Below are positions 1 to 13,045 of a stretch of DNA of 64,000 bases, one piece after another. The first letter of the stretch is position 1; every line of letters begins with the position of its first letter. Under the pieces are notes generated by a model. It saw only the letters and a program-made list of their open reading frames with translations, searched no databases and had not been told where the DNA came from. Made by a program: the position numbers and the translations under genes. The stretch lies in assembly GCA_002269645.1 (NCBI GenBank), contig NIVC01001189.1, positions 277,014 to 341,013 of the forward strand, given 5' to 3'. Source of the DNA: Macrostomum lignano (taxonomy: Eukaryota).

Positions 1-87
1 CTATTTTTATTCATTTGTAACAAAACTCTGTTGATAATAAAAATATATCATTAGTTTAGCATAAGCTGTACTTCGTTCTATCTATTA

Positions 88-836
88 ATGTTTTTTTATG
101 AGTGAATGATCTGCCTTATCAAATTAAGCTAAAAAATACTATATTTTTTAAGGTTTATAGATCTATTAAAGTCAGGACATCAAGAAGATCAGAGTAGATT
201 CTAGTATTAGACAAGATCAGATCAGAGTGGTTAATAAATATATTGATTTATCAACAATATTGATCTACAATAAACCAATATGCTTTATTTTCTTAATCTA
301 ATAAAATAATAATATTCAGGTGAAACTTAATATAATCCAAAAGATGCTACATGAGAGAATAGCAATTTGTTTTTTTGATAAATAAATTGTGCATTCTGTT
401 AGCCTATTATGAATATGCTATGCATGCAAGTACAATTCACTTATTGTATATTATACAATATACATTTTTATGTTTTTTTATGAGTTAATGATCTGCCTTA
501 TCTAATTAAGCTAAAAAATACTATATTTTTAAGGTTTATAGATCTATTAAAGTCAGGACATCAAGAAGATCAGAGTAGATTCTAGTATTAGACAAGATCA
601 GATCAGAGTAGATAAATCTATTGATTTATCAACAATATTGATCTACAATAAACCAATATGCTTTATTTTCTTAATCTAATAATATTCAGGTCAAACTTTA
701 TATAATCCAAAAGATGCTACATGAGAGAATAGCAATTTGTTTTTTTGATAAATAAATTGTGCATTCTGTTAGCCTATTATGAATATGCTATGCATGCAAG
801 TACAATTCACTTATTGTATATTATACAATATACATT
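88..836. repeat. ~380 bp AT-rich tandem duplication (two copies)
   Basis: 88-465 and 470-836 read as near-identical copies (ATGTTTTTTTATGAG...TATACAATATACATT) with small indels. Confidence 0.85.
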
Positions 837-1669
837 CTACAGGCCCTACAAGTAGATATAAATATATATATAGGAATATAACTATATTATAAATGTAATT
901 TTTTAATCAAATGATAGCCTAAGCTCACTCAAGTTCAAAATCACCTAACCACTACCTATCCCCTCCTCTACTCTATATTATTATTTATTTATTTATTTAT
1001 TCTACTAAAATCTCTTTAACTCACATTTACTTTTTACTTCTAATACTAACTTCTATTGAATTTGCTGCTTAAAAACACAAAACTTATACTATGTCAAGAA
1101 AAGTTGTTTTGCCAAAATGACTATTTTTTATAAAAAGCTACTTAATAAAAAAGTTGCCAAAGACAAGACAAGGTTATATACAAGACAGTATGTAATGAAC
1201 TAGAGTTATATCTGTTCTTTCTAAGAATTCTATTCACTTATCTACCCCTATCACATAGTCATGTGTCAAAAGTTTCTACCCTTATGAATAGGCGCATGAC
1301 CAAGATGGCCACACACCAAGATGGCCACAGCTCTGAATGGCTGCTTGGATAGGAGTAGGTCTATATATTTCCTCATTTCCTATTGGCTATGATTGGGGTG
1401 GGGTATGACGTAGCTTCAAGTCTCGGAGAAAACAGATTTCGTTAGTGAAATTAGACTAAGTAAAACAAAAAACACTTCCCTTTACAGCAGGTATTACTAC
1501 CTACTAAAGCTAGTAGCACTACTAGCACAAGACATTTGATTTTTGTATCATGGATAATAGTTTCAAACCTATCTCTATATACTAAAACTGACGTGTTGTT
1601 TGTATATGTTAAAAGTTAAAGGTTAGAGGGTAAAGGTATTAGTTATGATAGAAGTAAGCAAAAATTGGA

Positions 1670-2160
1670 GTGCCCTCTTATCTCTGATCTTTTCTCTCAT
1701 CTCTGCACTCTCGTCTCTTATCTTTTCTCTGTCATCTCCGCCCTCTCGTCTCTAATCTTTTCTCTCTCTCTCTCTCATCTCTGCCCTCTCCTCTCATCTC
1801 TTGCCCTCTCTCTCTCTCATCTATTCTCTCTCTCATGTCTGCCCTCTTCTCTCATCTTTTCTCTCTCATGTCTGCCCTCTCCTCTCATCTTTTCTCTCTC
1901 TCATCTCTGCCCTCTCCTCTCTCCTCTCCTCACCTCTCTCCTCTCCTCTCTGCTCACCTCTTTGCTCTCATCTTCCTTTTCCTCTTCATTCTCTTCTCCC
2001 TTTCCTCCTTTCTCCTCTCCATTAATCTCCCTTCTCCTCTCTCTCCGCTCGTATTTAATCTCTCCTCTCATCAACTCTCTTCTCCTTTATTCCTTCGCCT
2101 CTCCTTTATCCTATGCTTGTATTTCTCTTCTCTATTCCTTACCCTCTCTCCTCACCTCTG
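1670..2160. repeat. CT-rich low-complexity tract
   Basis: Almost purely pyrimidine on +; produces spurious Ser/Leu ORFs. Confidence 0.9.
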
Positions 2161-2736
2161 GCCCGCTCTGTCATCAGGAACTCAATAGAAGTGGAAATCA
2201 AAAATAAAAACACTGCATCAGTTGCCACCCATTCACGATATTTCATATTATTTCTTGATACCAACGGATTGACAACAGTTTGTAGCAATGAATAAATTGT
2301 TTTTCTATGAAATCTTTCATCAGGCCTAGCTGTTCTGCGAACGTGGGTGCGAAAGGTATCTCATATCTGCATTTTAATAGCTCGTATACGTAGCTCATAT
2401 AATATCATGCATAATGATGGGGATGATGGGATGATGATGAATTACGGAGGCAGAAGTGCACTGAGTCACACATACATGCAGTGACTAGCCCAAATAAAGG
2501 CTGCTTGCTCTGTAAGTGCGACGCAATGAACCCCCCATCCCAAATTTGAGCGTAAAACAAAGTGTAATATCTGGCAAGAAATGTGCACGGTGATTCTTAA
2601 ATATGCTCCAGGGCTATATTGGGTGCAGCAACTAAGTAAGTGCGGATTTTTTGGCTTTTTTAACTCGTTATGATCTGAAATGGCAATAAGGTACGGGTGG
2701 CATGGATAGATGACAACATGCCCTTTGCTCCCTCCT

Positions 2737-3438
2737 TTACCTCCTTTGCTGCCTTTCTCTTCTGAGCTGGCCGATCAACTGGATCGCACGTGTGCGGAGC
2801 AAGGTTCCATCTTCTATGGTTCCATCAGCACGGCGGACTGCGGAGCCATGACAGTGCAGTGATAAACGCTTAGTGCAGCGATAGTACGTGTTGCCATTTC
2901 GCCGCGGTTTTTCATCCATCAGATGGCCAAGATCTCGTTGGGCATACTGCACTAGAAGGTCTTTTCCGTGACTGCATCCTGCACCTGTAAGAATCTCAAA
3001 GGGCTGGGGAGTTGGGCTGCGGGGCGGTGCAAGCTCTGCTGGAGGAATTTGAATGGATTCTTCCAGAGCTGGATCAGGGTCATTGAAATCTGGATACTGG
3101 TAAAGAAAATTTTCTGCTTGTGCCGGAATCAAATGCACTGGTTCTGGATTTTCAGCAGGCAGAGGAACAGCCGCTGGTCCAGAATTCGGGGCTTGTACAT
3201 GTACCACTGCAGCATCTGCAGCTTGAGACACTGCTAAGTTACCTGCAGGAGCCTGTCTATTGCATTGATTGCAAAGCCAGAAAAGCTCACCGACATTTCT
3301 AATTGCAGAATACTGATCGATTGTGACGCGACTATCACATGCATGGTGCTGCCAATTCAAGCATTGAGAACACTCAATTGCTTCTTGTCCATCGTAAACT
3401 GGCTGCAGACAGACTACACATGGATATGCGCCTGCCAT
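2737..3438 (-). pseudogene. PHD finger plus FLYWCH-like zinc finger, truncated transposase N-terminus
   Basis: CVVC...CSQC...HHAC...WLCNQC fits the C4HC3 PHD pattern. YYRCTKRLSLHCHGSAV then, after a frameshift near 2800, PHTCDP...KRKAAKEVKEGAK resembles the FLYWCH region of MULE transposases. Confidence 0.65.
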
Positions 3439-4576
3439 TTTGTATCTAAGTGCTTAGACTGCTGTCAGTGAATGAGACAGATGAATTTTGAACAGGGCAT
3501 GAAATTTACCCAGTTTTTATCCCTTTAAACAAGTAAATTAGTCTCGACCAATAAGAAAAAATGGAAAACAGCTACACCAGATTTTATATGAAGAAGAGAT
3601 TTGTTTAATGCGAAATACATTTATACCTCTTAGGGCCCTACTATAAGTAGGAAATTAAGACTCGTAACCATTTTTGTCTTTAGCCCTGCAATATGCTAAT
3701 AAAATTTTGACTGCCTGTCTAAACCCCACACAAAGCTATCCAATAGTAAACCAGCTATCATTTTCCGTGACCCCCATCCCAGCTGTGGCCATCTTGGTGT
3801 GTGGCCATCTTGGTCTTACACCTATGAATAAGATCATAACCTAAAAGATTATACCTAAAAGCATTTTGTCACATTAGTTAGACTATGTTAAAATTAAGTG
3901 CATTATGCAACTTTTACTGTAAAGTAATTTTATTTTTATATATTTCAAAATTGTATCCTCAAATTAGACCTTGAATATGATTTTGCATTTTGCCACTAGT
4001 TAAAAACCTAGATGATAAAACAAAATGGTTAGTTAGTTAAAGAAATAAATACATGACAAATTAATTCTTAATCAGAATAGTGGACAAAAGCAGAGTTATA
4101 TCTATTAGCCCATCATATTGTTTCTATAATTATTGTTTATGATATAATACTCAGTAGTTCTATCTCGCTTAAATTATTGTATTTTATACTTTAGGGCAAA
4201 TATCCCTTTTTTAATTTAGATTTCTATAAAAAGGAACTTTTTTAGACAATTCCTTTCTATAATTTTTTCCTTATTTTTCTTTTAGTAGCAAAATGCCATA
4301 GCCCACAGGGTATCCCCTGAAAAACTTTGCTTTACCAAAATAAATAAATTCAAGCAAAAATCAATAAGTATATATGAAATATGAAATATTCTTTTTTATG
4401 TACCTTTTAAACAAAATCAAGTTGCCAGACTCTAGGTTCTAGATATTGATCTAGATTTTATCCATTACTATTTTATTCTTATACATAATAACTTCTGCCC
4501 ATTTTCTGAGCAGAAAATGGCCTCCTTAAGTTCAACTAGCTAGTGTTTTAAAGCCAGTATGCCTTATTAATTTTAG

Positions 4577-4655
4577 AGATATATTTCTGGAGAAGCACTA
4601 CAAACGTGTAATTCCAAAGTCAATCTGTGATTACTTCTTTGAAGAAGTTACAAAG
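4577..4655 (+). CDS. AP3M1: AP-3 complex subunit mu, internal exon (DIFLEKHYKRVIPKSICDYFFEEVTK)
   Basis: ttttag acceptor and gtgag donor. Translation matches the AP3M N-terminus (DIFLEKHWKSVV...CDYFFE). The exon encoding the first ~12 aa was not found in the window. Confidence 0.9.
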
Positions 4656-4763
4656 GTGAGTTTGTTTCTATATATTGACTTATCTGTCTTATGAAGTTGT
4701 ATTCTTATGAAGTTGAAGTCTTATGAAGGCCTGGTTCTCATGACAATTCAATTAAATTTTCAG

Positions 4764-4982
4764 AATTCCTCTCCAGAGAATGTGCCGCCAATCATTCAGA
4801 CGCCGAATCACATACTGATCAGCATCTATCGGGCCCAGATGCATTTTGTCGCAGTTTGCAAAAGCGAAGTTCCGCCGCTGTTTGTCATCGAATTTCTGCA
4901 TCGCCTAGCCGACATAATCAAGGATTATTTTGATGAAGTGTCAGAGACCAGCATTAAAGACAATGTTGTCATCGTGTATGAG
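4764..4982 (+). CDS. AP3M1: AP-3 complex subunit mu, exon
   Basis: ENVPPII...EVPPLFVIEFLHR...IKDNVVIVYE. AG/GT bounded, 219 nt, phase 0. Confidence 0.95.
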
Positions 4983-5496
4983 GTATAGCAAACTTTAAAT
5001 GGAGGTTTCTACTGGCATTCTGTTTTTTAGGATAGCAATTGTTGGGTATCCTATGACAGTTAGAGCTTCAGCTACTGTTAAGGGTCAAAATCCTTACTAC
5101 TCAACGATGGGAACGCCAACCAATGTCACCCGCTCGTTTAATAACATTCAGAACTGTCGACAGTCCTTAACCCGAAACTGCGTTTTTCGTTTGCCAAAAA
5201 ACGTCAAGCACTTAATGGATTTTTCAATTTTTCATTCATAAGTCTTAAGGACTTTCTTTAGTAGAAGCCAGAGTAGTTAGCCACTCTTCAGGCGACAGTA
5301 AAGCCGCAACCAGCAGCGAGGAGACGAGCCGTTACGTCCATTTCGCTGAACCACACTCACACCAGGATGTACAGCAGCCCTCACTTTCTCATATCAGGCA
5401 GGTACACAAAGTTGACTAACATCGAAACCCAAACTGATGTGACAGCGCACGGTATCAAACTCACGGTAGTTTTGGCTCGAGAGACGGGCACGTAAC

Positions 5497-6250
5497 AGCA
5501 ACAAAAACAGACACAGTCCAGTAAGGTCAAGCGGTCAGGGTGCATCAGTTGGCGCCCCGGTGTCGGGCGCCTGGCGTCGCACAGCAGGCAGTCCGTGTAT
5601 CGACGAGTTCGATTTCGGGCCTGGCCCCGACTAAAGGGTGAACAGCAGGATGTCCTATAGACGCTGGGGACAGTAGCTCTCAGCCCAGATTACGTGGCCC
5701 GCCTATATAGCTTTATGGACCCTCTCGTCAGCTTGACAGTCTGCGCGGAACAGCCCCGAGTTCGCCGAGTCCAGCTGCCGCTCTAGCGTGGCCGTCAGCG
5801 TCCATGTCTCGGCGTTATACAGCAGGGCGGTCTCAGCCACCACCTGCCACAGCCGAGCCTTCTGACGATCGGGCAGCGCCTCGGACTGAAGGACGGCCCG
5901 GATGGATCGATAGGCCGCCCAGGCGAGTCCTTTGCGCCACCAGATGTCCTTCTAATATAGGGCGTCAGACCGCCGAGGTAGATGAACCGCTGACAGCGTG
6001 CGAGCGTGGCATTGAGAAGGTGATGGCCGCCATCTTTTTCCGTTGCTGCGACATCTTGCGGCCAGTGTTGCTCGAGCACGGCGTCACAGTGTCTGTTGGA
6101 TCGATACAGAGACTGTGACTGCTTGGCGGAGGTGCTCCAGTCACTTGATCAAGAGCGGCCAAAGTCGGTCCAGACAATGCAGCTTCAGCAACTGCCTTTT
6201 TCGGCTTATCCGCCCAGCCTTGCGACTTCTTCCTCTTTCCCAAAATGAAT
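5497..6250 (-). mobile_element. Degenerate RTE-like non-LTR retrotransposon fragment in an AP3M intron
   Basis: Minus-strand frames give QRFIYLGG (FKYLGS-like) and KDIWWRKGLAWAAY...ETALLYNAETWTLTATLERQLDS, typical of the RTE RT C-terminus. Frameshifted. Confidence 0.7.
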
Positions 6251-6459
6251 AACTTTTAGGAGAGGCGGTTTGACTCTGCCTTGCAAGCTGAGCTGGACTT
6301 GTTCCAAAAAAGATTATTTACATGGATCTGGATAGAAAATTATATTGAGAATTGTGATTAGGTTCCTAAGTAACCATGGGTATTAAAATTCAGCTGAATC
6401 CAACAATGAGAAATGCATTTTTCCGAGAACTCAACCAGCACCTCTATCACTATCCCCAG

Positions 6460-6985
6460 CTACTAGACGAAGTCCTTGACAACGGCTTCCCCCTAGCAAC
6501 GGAGTCCAATATCCTCAAAGAGCTAATCCGGCCGCCTAACCTGCTGCGCAGCTTGGCGGACACCATGACCGGCCGGAACTCCACCGTATCGGCCACGCTG
6601 CCAACCGGCCAGCTGTCCAACATTCCGTGGCGGCGTAGCGGTGTGAAATACGCCAACAACGAAGCCTATTTTGATATTGTTGAAGAGCTGGACGCAATCG
6701 TTGATAAATTTGGCGGCGCTGTCTGCGCTGAGGTGCACGGCAGCATCGACTGCCTCATCAAATTGTCCGGCGTCCCGGATCTCACGCTCAGCTTCGTGAA
6801 CTCGCGCCTGATTGAAGACGCCAGCTTGCATCCGTGCGTCCGGCACAGGCGATTCGAAGTTGAACGCCTGCTTAGCTTTGTACCGCCGGACGGCGGCTTC
6901 AGACTGATGGCCTATAGGGCCAGTTGCCATGGCAACCTGCCCGTACCGCTCGACCTGCGTCATACGATTAGCTTCAAACAGGCTA
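6460..6985 (+). CDS. AP3M1: AP-3 complex subunit mu, exon
   Basis: LLDEVLDNGFPLATESNILKELI...GQLSNIPWRR...NNEAYFD...LSFVPPDG. cag acceptor, gtaag donor, ends phase 1. Confidence 0.95.
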
Positions 6986-7147
6986 GTAAGTTCATATGAA
7001 ACAGCTATGGGGCCCATTGTATACTCATGTTTCCTGTAATTTACACCAATTACTATTTCCATTAGATCCAATATACAAAAAAATGATTATGTTGAACCAT
7101 ATATCTAGGTTAGCTATGTTATTGAATTTGAAGTCTCACGAAAGTAG

Positions 7148-7393
7148 AAAAGCCTTTAACAGTCACTAGTACTGCTCCCAGATCTGCAGAATCGCCTTTA
7201 ACAGTCACTAGTAATGCTCCCAGATTTGCAGAATCGCCTTTAACAGTCACTAGTACTGCTCCCAGATCTGCAGAATCGCCTTTAACAGTCACTAGTACTG
7301 CTCCCAGATCTGCAGAATCGCCTTTAACAGTCACTAGTACTGCTCCCAGATCTGCAGAATCGCCTTTAACAGTCACTAGTACTGCTCCCAGAT
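7148..7393. repeat. 42 bp minisatellite, left part (continues at 13638-13816)
   Basis: Unit CCTTTAACAGTCACTAGTACTGCTCCCAGATCTGCAGAATCG repeated about 6 times. Confidence 0.95.
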
Positions 7394-7499
7394 CCCCATT
7401 GGAGCGAATAGGGGTTTTTGCGGACAACGTCCGGCGCGCTTGTGAAAAATTGCCTGCGCGGCTGCGCAGAAAGAAATTTCTGTCCGCGCACAAGGTGCA

Positions 7500-10050
7500 T
7501 GGCGCGCGCGCAGCGCGCACCATGCACCTTGTGCGCGTAATGTTACTAGCATATATGTAGATCTGCACGCAGCGCGCACCATGCACCTTGTGCGCGTAAT
7601 GTTACTAGCATATATGTAGATCTGCACGCAGCGCGCACCATGCACCTTGTGCGCGTAATGTTACTAGCATATATGTAGATCTGCACGCAGCGCGCACCAT
7701 GCACCTTGTGCGCGTAATGTTACTAGCATATATGTAGATCTGCACGCAGCGCGCACCATGCACCTTGTGCGCGTAATGTTACTAGCATATATGTAGATCT
7801 GCACGCAGCGCGCACCATGCACCTTGTGCGCGTAATGTTACTAGCATATATGTAGATCTGCACGCAGCGCGCACCATGCACCTTGTGCGCGTAATGTTAC
7901 TAGCATATATGTAGATCTGCACGCAGCGCGCACCATGCACCTTGTGCGCGTAATGTTACTAGCATATATGTAGATCTGCACGCAGCGCGCACCATGCACC
8001 TTGTGCGCGTAATGTTACTAGCATATATGTAGATCTGCACGCAGCGCGCACCATGCACCTTGTGCGCGTAATGTTACTAGCATATATGTAGATCTGCACG
8101 CAGCGCGCACCATGCACCTTGTGCGCGTAATGTTACTAGCATATATGTAGATCTGCACGCAGCGCGCACCATGCACCTTGTGCGCGTAATGTTACTAGCA
8201 TATATGTAGATCTGCACGCAGCGCGCACCATGCACCTTGTGCGCGTAATGTTACTAGCATATATGTAGATCTGCACGCAGCGCGCACCATGCACCTTGTG
8301 CGCGTAATGTTACTAGCATATATGTAGATCTGCACGCAGCGCGCACCATGCACCTTGTGCGCGTAATGTTACTAGCATATATGTAGATCTGCACGCAGCG
8401 CGCACCATGCACCTTGTGCGCGTAATGTTACTAGCATATATGTAGATCTGCACGCAGCGCGCACCATGCACCTTGTGCGCGTAATGTTACTAGCATATAT
8501 GTAGATCTGCACGCAGCGCGCACCATGCACCTTGTGCGCGTAATGTTACTAGCATATATGTAGATCTGCACGCAGCGCGCACCATGCACCTTGTGCGCGT
8601 AATGTTACTAGCATATATGTAGATCTGCACGCAGCGCGCACCATGCACCTTGTGCGCGTAATGTTACTAGCATATATGTAGATCTGCACGCAGCGCGCAC
8701 CATGCACCTTGTGCGCGTAATGTTACTAGCATATATGTAGATCTGCACGCAGCGCGCACCATGCACCTTGTGCGCGTAATGTTACTAGCATATATGTAGA
8801 TCTGCACGCAGCGCGCACCATGCACCTTGTGCGCGTAATGTTACTAGCATATATGTAGATCTGCACGCAGCGCGCACCATGCACCTTGTGCGCGTAATGT
8901 TACTAGCATATATGTAGATCTGCACGCAGCGCGCACCATGCACCTTGTGCGCGTAATGTTACTAGCATATATGTAGATCTGCACGCAGCGCGCACCATGC
9001 ACCTTGTGCGCGTAATGTTACTAGCATATATGTAGATCTGCACGCAGCGCGCACCATGCACCTTGTGCGCGTAATGTTACTAGCATATATGTAGATCTGC
9101 ACGCAGCGCGCACCATGCACCTTGTGCGCGTAATGTTACTAGCATATATGTAGATCTGCACGCAGCGCGCACCATGCACCTTGTGCGCGTAATGTTACTA
9201 GCATATATGTAGATCTGCACGCAGCGCGCACCATGCACCTTGTGCGCGTAATGTTACTAGCATATATGTAGATCTGCACGCAGCGCGCACCATGCACCTT
9301 GTGCGCGTAATGTTACTAGCATATATGTAGATCTGCACGCAGCGCGCACCATGCACCTTGTGCGCGTAATGTTACTAGCATATATGTAGATCTGCACGCA
9401 GCGCGCACCATGCACCTTGTGCGCGTAATGTTACTAGCATATATGTAGATCTGCACGCAGCGCGCACCATGCACCTTGTGCGCGTAATGTTACTAGCATA
9501 TATGTAGATCTGCACGCAGCGCGCACCATGCACCTTGTGCGCGTAATGTTACTAGCATATATGTAGATCTGCACGCAGCGCGCACCATGCACCTTGTGCG
9601 CGTAATGTTACTAGCATATATGTAGATCTGCACGCAGCGCGCACCATGCACCTTGTGCGCGTAATGTTACTAGCATATATGTAGATCTGCACGCAGCGCG
9701 CACCATGCACCTTGTGCGCGTAATGTTACTAGCATATATGTAGATCTGCACGCAGCGCGCACCATGCACCTTGCGCACGTAACGTTAGCAACGTAAGTAT
9801 GTTATATATGTAGATCCGCGCTGCGCGCGCGCCATGCACCTTGTGCGCGTAATGTTACTAGCATATATGTAGATCTGCACGCAGCGCGCACCATGCACCT
9901 TGCGCACGTAACGTTAGCAACGTAAGTATGTTATATATGTAGATCCGCGCTGCGCGCGCGCCATGCACCTTGTGTGCGTAATGTTACTAGCATATATGTA
10001 GATCTGCACGCAGCGCGCACCATGCACCTTGCGCACATAACGTAGCGTAT
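7500..10050. repeat. 59 bp satellite array (~43 copies) inside the hAT-like element
   Basis: Unit AGATCTGCACGCAGCGCGCACCATGCACCTTGTGCGCGTAATGTTACTAGCATATATGT. Copies look identical from ~7560 to 9770, with variant units at the right edge. Confidence 0.97.
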
Positions 10051-10984
10051 GTAGATTTGGTATAACAAACAGCTGTGCACCCTTGTGCCTTTCAGGCTTT
10101 CACTAGTGTCTTGTATGCTTTATAAATTTACATATGTACATGTACATGCAGGCGCAATGCTACATGAGTGAATGCCAGTGCCTGATCTGCACCCACACCT
10201 TGTTCACCTATATACATTTACGTCATGTACTATATAATACATTTATACGTACATGTAGGTGCGATGCTACATGTAAAGCAGTTAGGCATGTACCCGTGCC
10301 TTGCACCCGCACCTTGTGCGCTTATATGTTCAGTATACATTTATGTATTAAAGTACAATGCTACTAGCAGTGCTCACCCATGCCTGCTTAATTGCACCTG
10401 CGCCTTGTGCGCTTACTCAAGTACATTTAACATGTATGAGCCAGCAGCCAATTCTACCCTTAATGGACTTTGCAGATTTGGTATTGTATATTTAGATGAT
10501 TTAGTATATTAAGATAAGATTTAGTATATTGTGAAAGATAGTTGGATTGGTAGCTACTTAATTTTTTGTGTCTAGCAATTTAATGCAATGATATAATAGC
10601 TAATTGGGACGAGAAGCGGAGCAAAGACATAGAAGCAAAGAGAGAGTGGCTACTGACTGCAAGTGTATATATAGAGATTACAACACCCCTAATCCAAAAC
10701 CTAGACAAACCCCCACGTAATGTGCAATGTACAAATAATCGATAAAATATATCATGCAAGAATATCATACGTCAGTATATGTACAAATATGGAACTGCTT
10801 TACAAGAAATAATATAACGATATGAATGAAATACAAATAATACAGATAGTCATGTTTGAATAGTTTATTTCACAACAATATGCAATTCTAGCGGTGCATG
10901 CCTATGTTCGATGCACAATGTAACGTAAACATGTAACGTAATTTACTCGTGTTAGATTTTCTTAGAAAAATTCAAATTTTGTAG

Positions 10985-12601
10985 GCTTAATTTAGTCGTC
11001 ACTGACATCCGTAAATCTAGCGCTCCTATCCAACGAATGATAGCATCCCTGAACTGGCTGCACCGCAAAATTCAACGCGGAAAAATTCTTGTGAAGGCAT
11101 ACCAAGTTGCCGAACGAATCCACGACAGGCGCGCTAGAAAGACAAAATCTTTCAGCAAAACACGTTTTGTCTCGTCCAGCTTCACCATGGTGCAGGCTAC
11201 TGTAACGGAGCTCCGAATTTGGCTGACGACACTAAACGAGACGCCTCTGTCTCGCAAAAACCGCGAAGTTTTAGCGTACCTGCAGTCCACGGCTTTTGTT
11301 ACTGAGTTGCTGATCTTCAGCGAAGTGATGAAACCGTTCTGCGCAACTATGCTACGCTGCCAGGATCTACAGCTGCCTGTCTGGAGCATGGTCGAGGATA
11401 TCTCGAGGCTGTCTGTGGAGCTGGAGCAAAAAAAACTGCTTTATCCCAATTACACGAGCTCGCGAACATGGATAGAGAGCTCGATTCATTTGCGTCAGCT
11501 ACTGCAGCAAATCATGATCTCCGGCAGCATCTGCCACTGCTGTTTACCAACTTAACTGACCTACAGCAGGGTGTCTACCACGACGTTGATTTGGCCACTA
11601 CCACCACTGTTCCTCGGTGTATTTTAGATCGTAGGTGCCGGCACGTCAGTGACAGTGAGGACTCGAGCAGCGACTCAGAGTCAGATTCTGAATTGGAGGT
11701 TAGGCACGCTGGTCGCAACGTCAGATCAACTTTTAAATCGGCCTTGTCAGCAGGCGTTGAGTTGGTGACAGCCTTAGGTGACCGTCTCAGTGTACGAACG
11801 TCCCACTCCATCCCGAGTTTTATTAACCTTCTGTCGTCGGCGTTTGGCCTTGCTGGTTATGTTGGAGCCATGTGCGGTCGTCTTCGTCGTGGTTCTTCCG
11901 GCGCCACAGTGTTTTTGCGGCATGAAGCGCACTTCGTGGTCTATGGTCGAAATGCTTTCAGCATGGCCGCTGAAGCCGCTCGTTCACGACGCAGTCTGCG
12001 CGACCTATTCGATTCAGCCGACTTGCAACCAGTTGATCTGCACACCCTCTGGCGCGACACGCTGAAACAGATTGTCTGGAGTGAAGATAGCACCTCGGCC
12101 CACTGTCGGCGAGTGCTTTTCGGTGACACTGTGCCAGACGACCGAGTGCTGACGCTGGCGTTAACCGAAGTGTCAGATGAATTTGCGATTGATTTCGGAC
12201 AAGGACCTGTTAAACTGAAAGTACAGGAACAGGCGTTTATTAAAGCTATGTACAACGACGACCAACTGTACACACGATTTGGCAAGCCACTTTGTGCGCT
12301 CTTAGATTGGGCCCTTGCCAAGGGCTGCCCTGAGGCCATCGTGGAGAGCTTGTACACTTCGATGGAGCGGCAGTGCATGCAAGGCGCACTTCAACTGTCT
12401 AGTACGCTAGAGTTGCGCACCCGCTTGGCGTGGCATTTACCGCGTACTCTTGCTGCCATACCCACGAATGTACTTGAACGGATTAGTCGCGAGTGGCTGA
12501 CGTCGCACCCGGTTACGTTTTTGTCTGCTGGATCAAATAAGCGGAAGCAGGAGGTGCTAGAGCGACTGAAATCTGAAGAAGGTCGTGTTCGGCTGAAGTA
12601 G
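10985..12601 (+). pseudogene. hAT-like transposase C-terminal exon, frameshifted at an A8 run
   Basis: Acceptor ttttgtag at 10984, then LNLVVTDIRK..., FSKTRFVSS, and a dimerisation-like GCPEAIVESLYTSM...TLELRTRLAW. ORFs 11037-11555 and 11468-12601 join across A8 at 11428-11435. Confidence 0.6.
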
Positions 12602-12754
12602 ATTTTATTATACATGATGTATAACATGTTACTGTCACATCATTTAGCTAGCAACGATTTTTTATCTGCGCTCGTTTTCTGTTGTTGTCCGCTCATCACT
12701 GCATGAGAGATGAGACTATTTCTCTAGGCTGCAGATAGTTCGACTTGAACGAGT

Positions 12755-13045
12755 AAGGCCACTTAGGAGCCTGTGGCAGCACGCCACTGCTAGTTGAGCT
12801 GTATTGTATCCAGTTAAGGCCACTTAGGAGCCTATGGCAGCACGCCACTGCTAGTTGAGCTGTATTGTATCCAGTTAAGGCCACTTAGGAGCCTGTGGCA
12901 GCACGCCACTGCTAGTTGAGCTGTATTGTATCCAGTTAAGGCCACTTAGGAGCCTGTGGCAGCACGCCACTGCTAGTTGAGCTGTATTGTATCCAGTTAA
13001 GGCCACTTAGGAGCCTGTGGCTGCACGCCACTGCTAGTTGAGCTG
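12755..13045. repeat. 61 bp tandem repeat (~5 copies) in the right subterminal region of the hAT-like element
   Basis: Unit AAGGCCACTTAGGAGCCTGTGGCAGCACGCCACTGCTAGTTGAGCTGTATTGTATCCAGTT. Confidence 0.93.

Larger units (their letters stand above)
1290..3823 (-). mobile_element. Non-autonomous TIR DNA transposon, probably MULE-derived
   Basis: 43 bp TIRs at 1290-1332 and 3781-3823 (40/43 match, AGG...CCT) flanked by direct repeat ATGAAT (1284-1289, 3824-3829). Internal ORF has PHD and FLYWCH-like motifs; no DDE core seen. Confidence 0.7.

Noticed and set aside
1665-2207. Ser/Leu-rich ORFs here and at 17620-18898 and 39842-46587
   Set aside because: Translations of CT/GA low-complexity DNA, open in several frames at once, with no domain signal.
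1-4576. First AP3M coding exon (MIHSLF-like)
   Set aside because: No convincing match found; it probably lies upstream of the window.
4999-5241. 80-aa ORF between AP3M exons
   Set aside because: Intronic; AP3M homology runs directly from 4982 to 6460 without it.
7119-7645. ORFs with VLVTVKGDSADLGA or similar repeats (also 13494-13802, 15738-16331, 20772-21095, 50035-50929)
   Set aside because: Artefacts of stop-free minisatellite units.
7500-10050. CRISPR array
   Set aside because: Units are contiguous and identical with no unique spacers, no cas genes are present, and the context is a eukaryotic intron. It is a satellite.
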